From: a plasmid | Direction: 5' to 3' (one strand) | Length of the DNA: 64,000 bases | Sequence record: NZ_CP072340.1 | Shown here: one piece after another, positions 20,297 to 31,053 of the stretch | How positions within the stretch are numbered: the stretch's first letter is position 1 | Layout of the letters: every line of letters begins with the position of its first letter | Translations under genes and position numbers: made by a program | The notes under the pieces: model-generated | What the model was told of the DNA's origin: nothing | What the model saw: only the letters and a program-made list of their open reading frames with translations | The model's database searches: none

Positions 20297-21130
20297 ATGA
20301 TAGTATATCCGAACTGTAAAATAAACTTGGGATTGAAGGTCGTGCGTAAACGCCCTGACGGGTATCACGACCTTGAAACCGTGTTCTACCCTATTCCACT
20401 CTGCGACAAACTCGAAGCCGTGGTGGGCAGCGGGACCGACGGCACGTGTTCGCTCGCCATAAGCGGAAACCCTGTCGATGGGGAACTGTCCGACAACTTG
20501 ATAGTAAAGGCGTATCGCATGCTGTCTGCCGACCATCGGTTGCCCCACATAGATTTCAATTTAGAGAAACACATTCCATCGCAAGCAGGACTTGGCGGAG
20601 GCTCTTCTGATGCAACTTACACGCTCCGATTGCTCAACGGACTGTGCAAGTTGCATCTCGATTCAGCCACGTTGCATCGCTATGCTGCCAGATTGGGTGC
20701 CGACTGCGCCTTCTTTGTTGCTTCAATACCATCTTTTGCCACCGGAATAGGTGATGTGCTCGAACCAATGCACACCGAATGTACACATCTGCACGGACTA
20801 CACTTATTAATAGTAAAGCCTTCCATAGCCATTTCTACCGCACAAGCGTTTGCATTCGTAAAGCCACAGCCAGCTGTAATAAAATGCAGGGACATAGTGG
20901 CACAACCTGTTGGCAGCGAGTGGCGCAAAAATCTTACGAACGATTTCGAGGTGTCGGCATTCAAACTGTATCCGGAATTGCACGCCATAAAAGAAAAACT
21001 TTACAGTATGGGGGCGCGCTATGCACAAATGTCGGGCAGCGGAAGTGCCTTCTTTGGGATTTTTGAAACGTCCCCTACCCTAACACCAGAAACCTTCGGT
21101 GGAATGTTCACGTATCTCTGCAAATTGTAA
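20297..21130 (+). CDS. ispE: 4-diphosphocytidyl-2-C-methyl-D-erythritol kinase.
   Basis: GHMP-kinase/IspE signature: KINLGLKVVRKRPDGYHDLETVF, PSQAGLGGGSSDA. 277 aa. Confidence 0.9.
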   Translation: MIVYPNCKINLGLKVVRKRPDGYHDLETVFYPIPLCDKLEAVVGSGTDGTCSLAISGNPVDGELSDNLIVKAYRMLSADHRLPHIDFNLEKHIPSQAGLGGGSSDATYTLRLLNGLCKLHLDSATLHRYAARLGADCAFFVASIPSFATGIGDVLEPMHTECTHLHGLHLLIVKPSIAISTAQAFAFVKPQPAVIKCRDIVAQPVGSEWRKNLTNDFEVSAFKLYPELHAIKEKLYSMGARYAQMSGSGSAFFGIFETSPTLTPETFGGMFTYLCKL

Positions 21131-21488
21131 AAGTTCCTGCTTTGGCAAATAATAACTGCATAAATACTTATAAATGCTTGATATATATCATTTAATCACA
21201 CTGTAACTGAAAATATGCAGGGCAATATTTGGAAGTATCAGAAATACTTTCTTTCTTTGCAAAAAGAATAAACGAGATAGTTTAGATTAGATTTAGAATA
21301 TCGATTGTTTAGGTTATAAAGATTAGTTGTTTAAGTTAAAGAAAGTATTTAGGCTCAGTAGGAGGAATTTTAAGGTAAGAGATTTGTTAAGACAGGATAC
21401 AACATTTTGAGGCGAGATTTTGGTTAGACACCGTGAGATGTCAGCCACAATCGAGCTCAATGAAAAGATTTTTTAGTTTTAAGTTATG

Positions 21489-21516
21489 AGCACGGTCTTG
21501 ACCGTGCTTTTATTTT
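21489..21516 (+). terminator. Rho-independent terminator-like hairpin (AGCACGGTC..GACCGTGCT plus TTTATTTT).
   Basis: A GC-rich inverted repeat is followed by a T-run about 360 bp downstream of ispE. It possibly terminates a small untranslated transcript. Confidence 0.4.
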
Positions 21517-21684
21517 GCACTATAAAGTAGTGTCATGGTGGAATTTCGGTGGTAACAGTTCTTGTCATTGCATTGCGTTTCTTCTCTTTGAACAGTAACG
21601 TATTACGACCGCTGTTCTACACAAAACTCGAAAAAAAAACTTAATTTGAAAGAATATGTCAGCATTTTCTTTGTCAGTTTAGAA

Positions 21685-21700
21685 TATTTTTGTAATTTTG
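21685..21700 (+). promoter_or_regulatory. Tandem -7 promoter elements (TATTTTTG, TAATTTTG) upstream of rpmB.
   Basis: Two consecutive exact matches to TAnnTTTG about 55 to 65 bp upstream of the rpmB ATG. Confidence 0.35.
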
Positions 21701-21752
21701 CAACCTGTTTGGAATAGGTATCAATTAACGAATTACAAAACTACAGATAGAA

Positions 21753-22016
21753 ATGTCTAAGATTTGTCAAATCACAGGTAAGAAGGCACAGATAGGTTGT
21801 AATGTGTCCCACTCAAAGCATCGCACGAAACGCAGCTTTGACGTAAACCTCTTTAGAAAAAAGTTCTTCTACGTAGAAGAGAACTGCTGGATATCGTTGA
21901 AGATTAGTGCTGCTGGTCTTCGCACAATTAACAAGTTAGGCTTAGACCGTGCGTTGAAGCAAGCTGTGTCCAAAGGTTATGTAGACTGGAAGGACATTAA
22001 AGTTATAGGAGACTAA
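21753..22016 (+). CDS. rpmB: 50S ribosomal protein L28.
   Basis: [33 protein letters not shown] is the canonical L28 N-terminus. Confidence 0.9.
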   Translation: MSKICQITGKKAQIGCNVSHSKHRTKRSFDVNLFRKKFFYVEENCWISLKISAAGLRTINKLGLDRALKQAVSKGYVDWKDIKVIGD

Positions 22017-22020
22017 TATC

Positions 22021-22209
22021 ATGGCAAAGAAAGCTAAAGGAAACAGAGTTCAGGTTATCTTGGAATGTACTGAAATGAAGAGTAGCGGTCTGCCTGGTAC
22101 AAGCCGTTATATAACAACAAAGAATCGTAAAAATACTGCTGAGCGTTTGGAACTTAAGAAGTATAATCCGATTCTTAAGAAGATGACTCTTCACAAGGAG
22201 ATTAAGTAA
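22021..22209 (+). CDS. rpmG: 50S ribosomal protein L33.
   Basis: [38 protein letters not shown] is the L33 signature. 62 aa. Confidence 0.9.
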   Translation: MAKKAKGNRVQVILECTEMKSSGLPGTSRYITTKNRKNTAERLELKKYNPILKKMTLHKEIK

Positions 22210-22242
22210 GCACGTAAATTAATAGTTAGATTATATTAGACT

Positions 22243-22401
22243 ATGGCAAAGAAAGCGGTCGCTACCCTCCATGAAGGCTCAACGGATGGTCGCGCATATA
22301 CAAAAGTAATAAAGATGGTGAAGAGTCCTAAGACTGGCGCATATATTTTCGATGAGAGAATGGTGCCAAACGAAGATGTAAAGGACTTCTTTAAGAACTA
22401 A
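22243..22401 (+). CDS. DUF4295-family small protein (52 aa). It is the Bacteroidetes-specific companion of rpmB-rpmG.
   Basis: Hand-translated ORF MAKKAVATLHEGSTDGRAYTKVIKMVKSPKTGAYIFDERMVPNEDVKDFFKN. It is shorter than 60 aa, so it is absent from the track. Its conserved position is immediately after L33. Confidence 0.6.
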   Translation: MAKKAVATLHEGSTDGRAYTKVIKMVKSPKTGAYIFDERMVPNEDVKDFFKN

Positions 22402-22570
22402 TTGGTCATATTTTTTTAAGTTATGAAAAGGGAAATGCAATGTATTGCTTTTCCCTTTTTCTTTTGCGGCTTATAAATTCTATAGAAACTAAAATACATA
22501 GAACACCTATACCTCCGATAACTCTTAGGAATACTACAGCGCCTATAAACACCGAAACTCCCCAGAACTC

Positions 22571-23950
22571 TTATCCAAACAACAAGCGTAATGCCTCATC
22601 AACTTTAGCAACAGAATGTGTTGCAATTTTAAAACGACCTTTTAGCCCTTGTGCATTGTTCTTTGGGATAATGATATTACTAAATCCTAATTTCTCGGCT
22701 TCGGCTATGCGTTGTTCAATACGGTTAACCGGGCGGACTTCGCCACTCAATCCAACCTCTCCAGCCATACACCACCCCGCTTCGATAGGTGTATCCACAT
22801 TCGACGACAACACTGCAGCAATCACACTCAAATCCATAGCCATATCTGTAATGCGCAGACCACCGGCAATATTCAGAAACACGTCTTTTTGCATTAGCTT
22901 AAATCCTACACGCTTTTCGAGTACAGCAAGCAACATATTCAGCCGACGCTGATCGAACCCCGTCGTCGAACGCTGTGGAGTGCCATAGGCTGCCGACGAA
23001 ACAAGCGCCTGAGTCTCTACAAGGAAAGGGCGCACCCCTTCGATAGCACTTGATATGGCTACACCCGACAAATCACCAGGAGTATCGGTAAGCAACAACT
23101 CCGAAGGGTTGCTAACCGGTCGCAACCCATCTTGGCGCATCTCGTATATCCCTAATTCGGAAGTAGAGCCAAAGCGGTTCTTTATACTACGCAGAATACG
23201 ATACATATAGTGCTGGTCTCCCTCGAATTGCAGCACTGTGTCTACAATATGTTCCAACACTTTCGGTCCTGCAATAGAGCCTTCCTTGTTAATATGCCCG
23301 ATAAGAATGACGGGAATATCGCTCGATTTCGCCAATTGCAACAATGCAGCAGCACTTTCCCGTATCTGGGAAATACTCCCTGCACTACTCGCAACCGTTT
23401 CCGTGGCAACCGTTTGTATAGAATCTATTACTAAAAGTTCAGGCTTAACTTCTTTAATGCTGTTGAATATCTTCTCTATTGATGTTTCAGACAATATTAC
23501 AATGTTTTCTGGAATAGTATCTGAAATGCGTAAAGCTCTCATTTTTATCTGCTGTGGACTCTCTTCTCCGCTTACATAGAGCACTCTGCGGTCGGAAGAC
23601 AACAGCGTCTGAAGCGTTAAAGTACTCTTCCCTATCCCGGGTTCGCCACCTATTAACACCATGCTTCCCACAACGAGTCCTCCCCCAAGCACACGATTCA
23701 GTTCGCTGTCTTTCATATCAACACGGATCTCCTCGGTCGAAGAAACTTCTCTAAGTGCTTGTGGCACATTCTGTTTCATGGCACCAAATGTATGAGAGAC
23801 AAGTGTCTTCGCACTGCTCACGCCCACATCTGGAGCTATCCTGATTTGCTTGAATGTGTTCCACTGTCCACAATTAGGACATCTCCCTATCCACTTCGCG
23901 CTTTCCTGTCCACAGTTGTCGCAGACGTATGCTATTTTGTCTTTTGCCAT
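22571..23950 (-). CDS. radA: DNA repair protein RadA/Sms.
   Basis: N-terminal C4 zinc finger CDNCGQESAKWIGRCPNCGQW. RecA-like Walker A GGEPGIGKSTL. KNRFG motif. C-terminal Lon-protease-like domain. 459 aa. Confidence 0.95.
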   Translation of the reverse strand: MAKDKIAYVCDNCGQESAKWIGRCPNCGQWNTFKQIRIAPDVGVSSAKTLVSHTFGAMKQNVPQALREVSSTEEIRVDMKDSELNRVLGGGLVVGSMVLIGGEPGIGKSTLTLQTLLSSDRRVLYVSGEESPQQIKMRALRISDTIPENIVILSETSIEKIFNSIKEVKPELLVIDSIQTVATETVASSAGSISQIRESAAALLQLAKSSDIPVILIGHINKEGSIAGPKVLEHIVDTVLQFEGDQHYMYRILRSIKNRFGSTSELGIYEMRQDGLRPVSNPSELLLTDTPGDLSGVAISSAIEGVRPFLVETQALVSSAAYGTPQRSTTGFDQRRLNMLLAVLEKRVGFKLMQKDVFLNIAGGLRITDMAMDLSVIAAVLSSNVDTPIEAGWCMAGEVGLSGEVRPVNRIEQRIAEAEKLGFSNIIIPKNNAQGLKGRFKIATHSVAKVDEALRLLFG

Positions 23951-24005
23951 AATTATAGCACAAAAGTAGCATTTTCTTTCGTTATTACAAAATTATTAAT
24001 TACTT

Positions 24006-24920
24006 TTGCAACATAAGATTATGTGTAGAATAAAGTATTTATTGCTTCTCGCAGCTCTTGTCATCATGGGCTGTCAGGTATCCGAACAAGACGATTCGCT
24101 TATTGAGAAGCGCAAGAACAAAGTGGAAGAGGTGGCATACCAGCGAGCTTTTAAGGTTGGTGTTATGCCAACTATGGACTGTCTGCCTATTTTCCTGCTC
24201 AAGGACAGTGTACTTTACAATCCCGACGACATTGATATCCGACTAAGAGAATATACCTCTCAGCGCGATTGCGACACTGCAATGATAAATGGCAGAGTAC
24301 AGGCTTCAGTAACAGATTTGGTTCAGGCTGAATATCTAAAGGAAGAGAAGCATGCCGTACTCGACTATATGACTGAAACAAATGCAACGTGGCAACTTAT
24401 GGCAACGCCAACCTCTGGTATCAGGAAGATCGAAGACTTAGGCGACAAGGTCATAGGACTGGCTTCCAACTCTGTTACCCAATATCTCACAATACAAGTT
24501 CTCTGTAGCCACCCGATTAAGAACCGAACCTACGGCTCGCAAATAAACGATATCTTCATTCGCATGCAAATGTTACGCAACAGTCAGTTAGATGCCATCT
24601 GGACAAGCGAACCACAGACCACACAGGCTAAAATATTAGGCAATAAAGAGATATACAATTCTACAAAAGAAGACTTCACTCCTGGAGCCATTGTCTTTGT
24701 AAATGCACCCAAAATAGCGAAACGAAAAGCTTTTGAAGACGCTTACAACAAAGCAGTAGACATGATAAATCGTCATCCGCTGCAATACTTTGCACCATTA
24801 ATAAAGAAATACATGCGGGTAGACGACAAGGTAATCTCTGCCTTGCCTAAAATGCTATATAAGCAGGTTACGCAACCTCGCCAAAGAGATATTGTAAAGG
24901 CACAAAATGCGATAATGTAA
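24006..24920 (+). CDS. Lipoprotein, NMT1/SsuA-like ABC-type substrate-binding protein (putative).
   Basis: Lipoprotein signal (LLLLAALVIMGCQ; the probable start is the Met at 24021). Periplasmic binding-fold pattern (GVMPT...LGDKVIGLASNSVTQYL...). The assignment is tentative. Confidence 0.4.
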   Translation: MQHKIMCRIKYLLLLAALVIMGCQVSEQDDSLIEKRKNKVEEVAYQRAFKVGVMPTMDCLPIFLLKDSVLYNPDDIDIRLREYTSQRDCDTAMINGRVQASVTDLVQAEYLKEEKHAVLDYMTETNATWQLMATPTSGIRKIEDLGDKVIGLASNSVTQYLTIQVLCSHPIKNRTYGSQINDIFIRMQMLRNSQLDAIWTSEPQTTQAKILGNKEIYNSTKEDFTPGAIVFVNAPKIAKRKAFEDAYNKAVDMINRHPLQYFAPLIKKYMRVDDKVISALPKMLYKQVTQPRQRDIVKAQNAIM

Positions 24921-25138
24921 TTGGCTTCGAATGTAGCCCTACCTATCTACTTCAAGCTAAGAAATAGTACAACCTATTGTAACACAGCAAAATGGGTGTA
25001 GTAAGATACAGAGAGAGAATATTTTTATAAATAGGAATAAAAACTATACAACAAACCAAAAGAGACGAGTTTAAAAATAGAAACAACGAGTATTGCGATA
25101 TAGAGACATTTAACTTAGCGGCATAAAGAATATAAATA

Positions 25139-27301
25139 TTGAACACAGAAACGAATATAAACAGTGCTTTAGAACTATTGAGCACCAGACAATTAGACAA
25201 AGCCATCAAGGTGTTGCAACCCATATACGATGGCAAGCCCTCGTTAGTGGACTACAATGAGTATATGGCTATTGTCAACGACTACCACTTGATGTGCGAG
25301 TATATGCTGCGAGGTGTAAAAGACCCTGCCCGAGAAAAGCTTTATGTCTCGCTTATGGAACGACTCTATCGAGTATCAGCTAACCTGCTGTTAAGCTGGA
25401 GGTGCAAGAACAAGCCTACTTTCATAGATGCTTTCAGTACTTCCGACCATCTCAACCTTAGTCATAATTTCGTGCGTACTGTCTTGGAGAGCTTTGTTTC
25501 TGATGTCGCAATGCTCTCGTTGGCCTCTGGGAACGAACGAAATGCCAAAGAAACAGAACTTTACAAGCGACATCAAACTTTCGTAGAACGACTTTTCTGT
25601 GCACTTCTCGTGTCAAGCCAGTGGTCGGAAAGCGATGCAACGTTCTATATCAGTCTTCTAACCTCGCCTACCATCGATGCATCAGACCAGATGCTTATCG
25701 TCAGTGCAATCACCCTTTCTACGATGTCTATCTACGATGTGAAGAAATTCTATACACTCGTAGAGGTCTATCGACACGCTCACGACACAAAAGTCCGTCA
25801 GCGTTCATTGGTCGGCTGTGTGCTGTCGCTCACCGACAACCAGCTCTTCAAAAAGGAACAAAGAACACTTGTGAACAGTTTCATAACAACAAAAGAGGCT
25901 AAACGTGAGCTTTTGAACTTGCAGAAGCAGATGTTCAACTGTATGGAAGCAGATCGCGATAACGACAAAATACAACGCGACATTATGCCAAACATCATAA
26001 AGAACTCCGATCTGCATTTCGATAGATTTGGCATAAGTGAAAAAGAAAGTAATCCATTGGAGAACATTTTGCACCCCGATGCCGACGAACAGAAGATGGA
26101 GAAGATGGAAGAGAGCATTCAGAAGATGATGAAAATGCAGCAGCAGGGATCCGACATATATTTCGGAGGTTTCAGCAAGATGAAACGCTTCCCCTTCTTC
26201 GACCACATTGCCAATTGGTTCATGCCTTTCAGTGCACACCACCCAGGCTTGGAAGAGGTGGCACAAAAGCTTGGCGATGGCTCGCTGCTCGACCGATTGG
26301 CTGGACAGGACCCTTTCTGCGAATCGGACAAATATTCGCTTGCCCTCACCATTGCACAGATAGTCAACCAGCTGCCGCCTAATATCTTGGAACTTATTAA
26401 GTCGGGCGAAGGCATCGGGCTGCCTGACATGCAACCCATAGACTACTCGCCTGCTTTTGTACGTCGTATGTACATACAGGATTTGTATCGCTTTTTCGAG
26501 GTGAAGATGGCATTCAATAAGGACATTCCCAACCCTTTCAAAGCCGACGGCGACTATAAGGCATTCTTCATGTTGCACGATTTGTTTGTAAAAGACTTCT
26601 ATGTCGATGCAAAAGAATCGTTGGCAATGTTCCTGTACAAGCACAAAAGAGAGGCTGATATAGAGAAACTCACTGGAACTTATCAAAGCGATTCGGCAAT
26701 GTACCGTATGTTTAGAGGTATAGAAGCTGTCAGAAAGGGGAACGAGGGCGAAGCATTAGAACACTTTGCAGTAGCCGTTGGGTTAGAGCCAGACAATGTT
26801 TTGCTGCTCCGAACAGTTGGGGCAGTTGTTTTACGCCGTAGAGGTTATGGCATTGCCATCATCTGTTACAACAAGTTGTGCGAACTGGAGCCCGACGTTA
26901 AAGCCTACGCCATCAACCAATGTCTTTGTTTAGCAGCTACTGGCGATACCAAGACGGCTGTGAACAAGGCGTATGAGCTTAATTTGAATAACGAATCCGA
27001 CAACCAGGTAAAACGTCTTTTAGCGTGGGTACTTATTTGTAATGGCAATGCCGAAAAGGCACTAAACATCTACGATGAACTTATGGCTACCGACAAACAG
27101 CCCGACGATGCACTCAATATAGCATACGCACAGTGGATAAATGGCAACCCAGGCGAAGCCAAGAATAGTTTCACAGAATGGCTAATCAACCACCCCGGTG
27201 CCAATTTGGAGCACGAATTTAAGAATGATGACTACGTTTTCAATCTCAACGGTATTACAGACGTAGACCGAGCACTTATGTTGAGTGCCATCAACATGTA
27301 A
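25139..27301 (+). CDS. Tetratricopeptide-repeat (TPR) protein.
   Basis: 720-aa ORF with a TTG start. C-terminal TPR-like helical repeats (ALEHFAVAVGLEPDNVLLLRTVGAVVLRRRGYGIAIICYNKLCELEPD...). Confidence 0.6.
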   Translation: MNTETNINSALELLSTRQLDKAIKVLQPIYDGKPSLVDYNEYMAIVNDYHLMCEYMLRGVKDPAREKLYVSLMERLYRVSANLLLSWRCKNKPTFIDAFSTSDHLNLSHNFVRTVLESFVSDVAMLSLASGNERNAKETELYKRHQTFVERLFCALLVSSQWSESDATFYISLLTSPTIDASDQMLIVSAITLSTMSIYDVKKFYTLVEVYRHAHDTKVRQRSLVGCVLSLTDNQLFKKEQRTLVNSFITTKEAKRELLNLQKQMFNCMEADRDNDKIQRDIMPNIIKNSDLHFDRFGISEKESNPLENILHPDADEQKMEKMEESIQKMMKMQQQGSDIYFGGFSKMKRFPFFDHIANWFMPFSAHHPGLEEVAQKLGDGSLLDRLAGQDPFCESDKYSLALTIAQIVNQLPPNILELIKSGEGIGLPDMQPIDYSPAFVRRMYIQDLYRFFEVKMAFNKDIPNPFKADGDYKAFFMLHDLFVKDFYVDAKESLAMFLYKHKREADIEKLTGTYQSDSAMYRMFRGIEAVRKGNEGEALEHFAVAVGLEPDNVLLLRTVGAVVLRRRGYGIAIICYNKLCELEPDVKAYAINQCLCLAATGDTKTAVNKAYELNLNNESDNQVKRLLAWVLICNGNAEKALNIYDELMATDKQPDDALNIAYAQWINGNPGEAKNSFTEWLINHPGANLEHEFKNDDYVFNLNGITDVDRALMLSAINM

Positions 27302-27398
27302 TTTCCGCCAGGCAAAAAGCAACAACTTTTTTCTATGTATTGCCCTACATTACACCTTATTATATATAAGGCAGAAATCATACCATCATACGCACACT

Positions 27399-27444
27399 AA
27401 AAATTAGATATCAGTCACGCTTGTTTTAGATATCTAATTTTTTT
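27399..27444. repeat. Inverted pair of AGATATC-core motifs (AAAATTAGATATC...TTAGATATCTAATTT) flanking GTCACGC.
   Basis: Read directly. Two 12-bp arms are complementary. A degenerate third copy (GTCACGCACAAATTAGACATC) lies at 27685..27707. The same motif family occurs at 18268..18330. Confidence 0.55.
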
Positions 27445-28141
27445 TTATTCTGTTCATTTACATTACCTTTTTTAGGCTCTTCAGTTAAATGCGTAGATGC
27501 CTATCATGTAGAGCATATAGCTTTAATGTGAAGAACTCATCATTTCCAAAAGTTTTATGCATTATGCTGGCATTCATATTTTGGTTTTTTATTCACTACA
27601 GAGACATATAATGCCATCATTTTTTCAAATATTATAAGCCTCCCATTATCTACGTATTTAACGGAAAAACCTACAAAACATTATCTGTCACGCACAAATT
27701 AGACATCAAAATCGTCATTCATTATATTTTCTCAAATACTATTTTGCAGATACGGATAATTTTACATACCTTTGCACAAGATATCATAAATATAAGTTGT
27801 GTGCCATAAAGAGTTAAATAACGTGGGAGTATATCTTTATTCACGAGATTATAAAGATAGAGATGAATTACAGGGGAGCAGAGATTTTCATGTAAATTAT
27901 GGTGCTTTGTATTTGGTCAGAATCAATATTTTATTTAAATCCTTATCTGAATATTTTTATGCACATATATGTGCGAAGAACATTGTGCCACCCCTAACAG
28001 GAGAAGGACTTTGATATTCTGTCTTGTTTATCGTGTCTGTTACTTTATCTACAGGAATATTAGGAAAAAAATGCTTTAATAGTTGCTTTTTTTTTAATAA
28101 AGAGTTATAAAATCAGAAGATAAAATATATAAATTTTAATT

Positions 28142-30385
28142 ATGAAACAAACAAAATTTTTATTATTGCTGTTACAGTCATTGTCAGTATTTTTATTTTT
28201 GGCTATACCTATACAAAGTATTGCGCAGGGACAAGATACCAAACATCATTGGAATGGAAACCCTATTAATAGCGTAGTCAATCACTCCGATGATGATATG
28301 AGTACAGTGTATCTTTACAATGTTGGAACGGGTAAATTCCTTAATGCAGGTAGCTACTGGGGAACGGTAGCTGTGGGCTTTAAAGTGGGTATGACTATAC
28401 ATATTTTAAAGAATGACAGTCATTATAAGATGATAGGACCACTTGCTACTACTGAAGGAAACTTGATAGCATTCGGTCGTCGTATGGATACTCCTGGCTA
28501 TGAAAAGAAAATGAATTACAACAATGTGTATGTTGACAGAGGGGTAGATTATGATAATACCCAATCGGGGACTCCCAACCCCTATTGCAAAGTACCCCAC
28601 CATATCAACGGTATTATTGATTGGGATTTTATAGAAGTTACCCCAGGCAGCAAAACGTATTATATCTCTTTTAAAAATGATGAAGACCAAGGATATAAAG
28701 GGACACGTTATCTTAAGATGAAGGAAAATGGAAAGAATAAAACAAATAAGTTAGAATTCCCTGAATCTAAATATGTTGGCAATTCTAATAGGCTCTGTCA
28801 ATGGAAGATTATCACCAAGAAAGACTTGAAAGACGCATTTAAGGCTACTTATGCGTCTGATGAGGCACCTGCCGACGCAACTTTCCTTGTATATGACCAA
28901 AACTTTGAGCGTGGTAATACATCAGTTGGGAAATGGGTTGCAGAAGGCGTTACATGGACATATGAAAACCCTGCAACTTATCAGTTTAAGCCAAATTCTA
29001 AGGAATATACATATTATGTAGGTAATGGTGCTGTATCAAGCAATTATTATATGGCAGAATATGCAGGCTATACCACTGCTAATGTCCGCAACGTAGGCAA
29101 TGATGATCATGCCAACGGAAAAGTTACACAGGCGGTTACTACCCTCAAGAAAGGTTGGTATAAGGTTTCTTGTAATGGTTTCTATAATGCAGTTCAGGGC
29201 AGCAATATGGTTTCAAGCATATTTGCAAAAGTGCAGGGTACTACTGCAGACATTTCTAATGTAAGCACACCTTTGAACAGATTCAACCATGAGTTTACCT
29301 ATACCAAGGAAGATATGCTTCATCTCTATAATGGAGATAATCTTCCCGAAGCCTCAAATCCGCGATTGAGCCCTTATGCTCACGCAGGAATGGAGTTCGA
29401 AAACGGTAAATATAACAATACTATTCTTGTATATGTACCTACTGATGGTGCTGTACTGAATATTGGTATCGAAATTACTGGTTCTACAGAGGATTGCGAC
29501 TGGACTTGTTGGGATAACTTCCAATTGCAGTATTGCGGTAATAATGATATGGTATTAGATGAGAGTCAGACTTCACTTGATTATCTTGTCAAACAGGGAA
29601 TCTCTAAAGATAACGCCTATACACTGATTCTGAAACGTACGATGAAGCCTGGTCTTTGGAGTTCTATTACGCTTCCCGTGGCTCTCACTGCAGGGCAGTT
29701 CAAGACAGCCTTTGGCGATTATGCTAAACTGGCACACTTGAAAGGACAAGATGCGAATATTCCTACACGTATTGACTTCGAATCGGTAAACCTTACCGAA
29801 GATGACAATATCGTTATCTATCCTGAGCAACTCTACATCATGCAGTCTACTCGTGCTGCCAATGTATCTACGGGAAGCTATGAGAAGATACTTACTGACC
29901 ATACGAAACTAATTGTTTCGGCACCGTATTTCACAATCAACAATGTAGTACTGCCAAAGATACCAGACGAAACATTTAAGGAAACTCCCAAATGGACAAC
30001 TACAGAGGCTGGGAATATCCAATTCTGCGGTACGCAAATCAACCAGACTTCAACCATAGTTCCTGCCCAATCGTATGTATTGGGAGCAAACAACGGTAAG
30101 TGGTATCACACAAAAACAGCATTGCCTATCAAGGGATTCCGCTGCTGGATTGCCACCAATGCAAATGGTACGAGTCCTGCTAAACCACTTACCTTTGCCA
30201 TAGATGGAAAGGTTGAGGGAGATGTTACGGCTATAGAAGGATTGGAACAAGATACAAGAAAGCTTCATACCGATGCTGCTGTTTATAACTTGCAAGGGCA
30301 GAAAGTCGCTTCAGATATAGCATACCTCAACAGCCTTCCAGCTGGTATCTATATTGTAAACAACAAGAAAATATTGATAAAATAA
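28142..30385 (+). CDS. T9SS-sorted secreted/surface protein (747 aa) sharing a C-terminal module with the 10131..12101 protein.
   Basis: Signal peptide MKQTKFLLLLLQSLSVFLFLAIPIQSIAQG. The C-terminus ...LPAGIYIVNNKKILIK is a T9SS CTD. The shared region (W.S.TLP..LT.GQFK.AFGD...) is homologous to the 656-aa LRR protein. Confidence 0.75.
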   Translation: MKQTKFLLLLLQSLSVFLFLAIPIQSIAQGQDTKHHWNGNPINSVVNHSDDDMSTVYLYNVGTGKFLNAGSYWGTVAVGFKVGMTIHILKNDSHYKMIGPLATTEGNLIAFGRRMDTPGYEKKMNYNNVYVDRGVDYDNTQSGTPNPYCKVPHHINGIIDWDFIEVTPGSKTYYISFKNDEDQGYKGTRYLKMKENGKNKTNKLEFPESKYVGNSNRLCQWKIITKKDLKDAFKATYASDEAPADATFLVYDQNFERGNTSVGKWVAEGVTWTYENPATYQFKPNSKEYTYYVGNGAVSSNYYMAEYAGYTTANVRNVGNDDHANGKVTQAVTTLKKGWYKVSCNGFYNAVQGSNMVSSIFAKVQGTTADISNVSTPLNRFNHEFTYTKEDMLHLYNGDNLPEASNPRLSPYAHAGMEFENGKYNNTILVYVPTDGAVLNIGIEITGSTEDCDWTCWDNFQLQYCGNNDMVLDESQTSLDYLVKQGISKDNAYTLILKRTMKPGLWSSITLPVALTAGQFKTAFGDYAKLAHLKGQDANIPTRIDFESVNLTEDDNIVIYPEQLYIMQSTRAANVSTGSYEKILTDHTKLIVSAPYFTINNVVLPKIPDETFKETPKWTTTEAGNIQFCGTQINQTSTIVPAQSYVLGANNGKWYHTKTALPIKGFRCWIATNANGTSPAKPLTFAIDGKVEGDVTAIEGLEQDTRKLHTDAAVYNLQGQKVASDIAYLNSLPAGIYIVNNKKILIK

Positions 30386-30394
30386 TAAAGAAAT

Positions 30395-30616
30395 ATGAAA
30401 AGAACATATATAGTGCCCAAAATCGGAATCCAAACTGTACATACAGAACAATCGTTGCTTCTCCGCTTTTCACAAGTAGATAACGACGGGGACGGAAAAA
30501 CTGATCAACGCCCCATCATAGATGGTGACCCTGATGGAGGAATAGGTGCAAAACCAGGGTGGTTTGAAGATGATTCCAATAGCGGAACCAAGGACTTTGA
30601 TTCTTGGAGAGACTAA
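30395..30616 (+). CDS. Small acidic Asp/Gly-rich protein (73 aa) with DxDGDG-type motifs, 9 bp downstream of the T9SS cargo gene. Homolog of 9897..10106.
   Basis: MKRTYIVPKIGIQTVHTEQSLLLRFSQVDNDGDGKTDQRPIIDGDPDGGIG... The N-terminal ~27 aa are conserved with the 69-aa protein. VDNDGDGKTD and IDGDPDGG resemble Ca-binding DxDxDG loops (dockerin/EF-hand-like). Confidence 0.6.
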   Translation: MKRTYIVPKIGIQTVHTEQSLLLRFSQVDNDGDGKTDQRPIIDGDPDGGIGAKPGWFEDDSNSGTKDFDSWRD

Positions 30617-31053
30617 TGTAATATGGTACTGTGTCTCATTACACAATTAATGAAACCACAGTGAAAACTGCAAGGAATATCCGTTTTTACAACAATACAA
30701 TGAGCAGATAACCCCGACGGATAATCTTTTACTTTACAAGGGTGCAATGAGCATAAAATGAGAAAATGCCATTGTACCCTTTTGTAATGATAACAGAAAT
30801 AATGGAAACTACTTCCAGTATAGGACAATAGAAATTTAGTGAGGATTACCTATTTTAGTAATGAAATGAAAAGAAAGCAATAAAAAACGTAAAAATTTTG
30901 TCGTATATTTAATTAATTCCTATATTTGTACCATAATTTATAAGCATCTTCGGCAGGTCAAGCGAGCATCAATAAGCTCACTCGAACATTGCAATAACGA
31001 GAAAACGCATATTTTGAGAATTAGAAAATAACAACAAACTCGACTATAGATAC

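Noticed and set aside
30395-30616. The small Asp/Gly-rich protein as a GG-leader bacteriocin precursor.
   Set aside because: It has no Gly-Gly leader motif and no adjacent C39 exporter. The D/G-rich region looks like Ca-binding loops rather than a leader/core arrangement.
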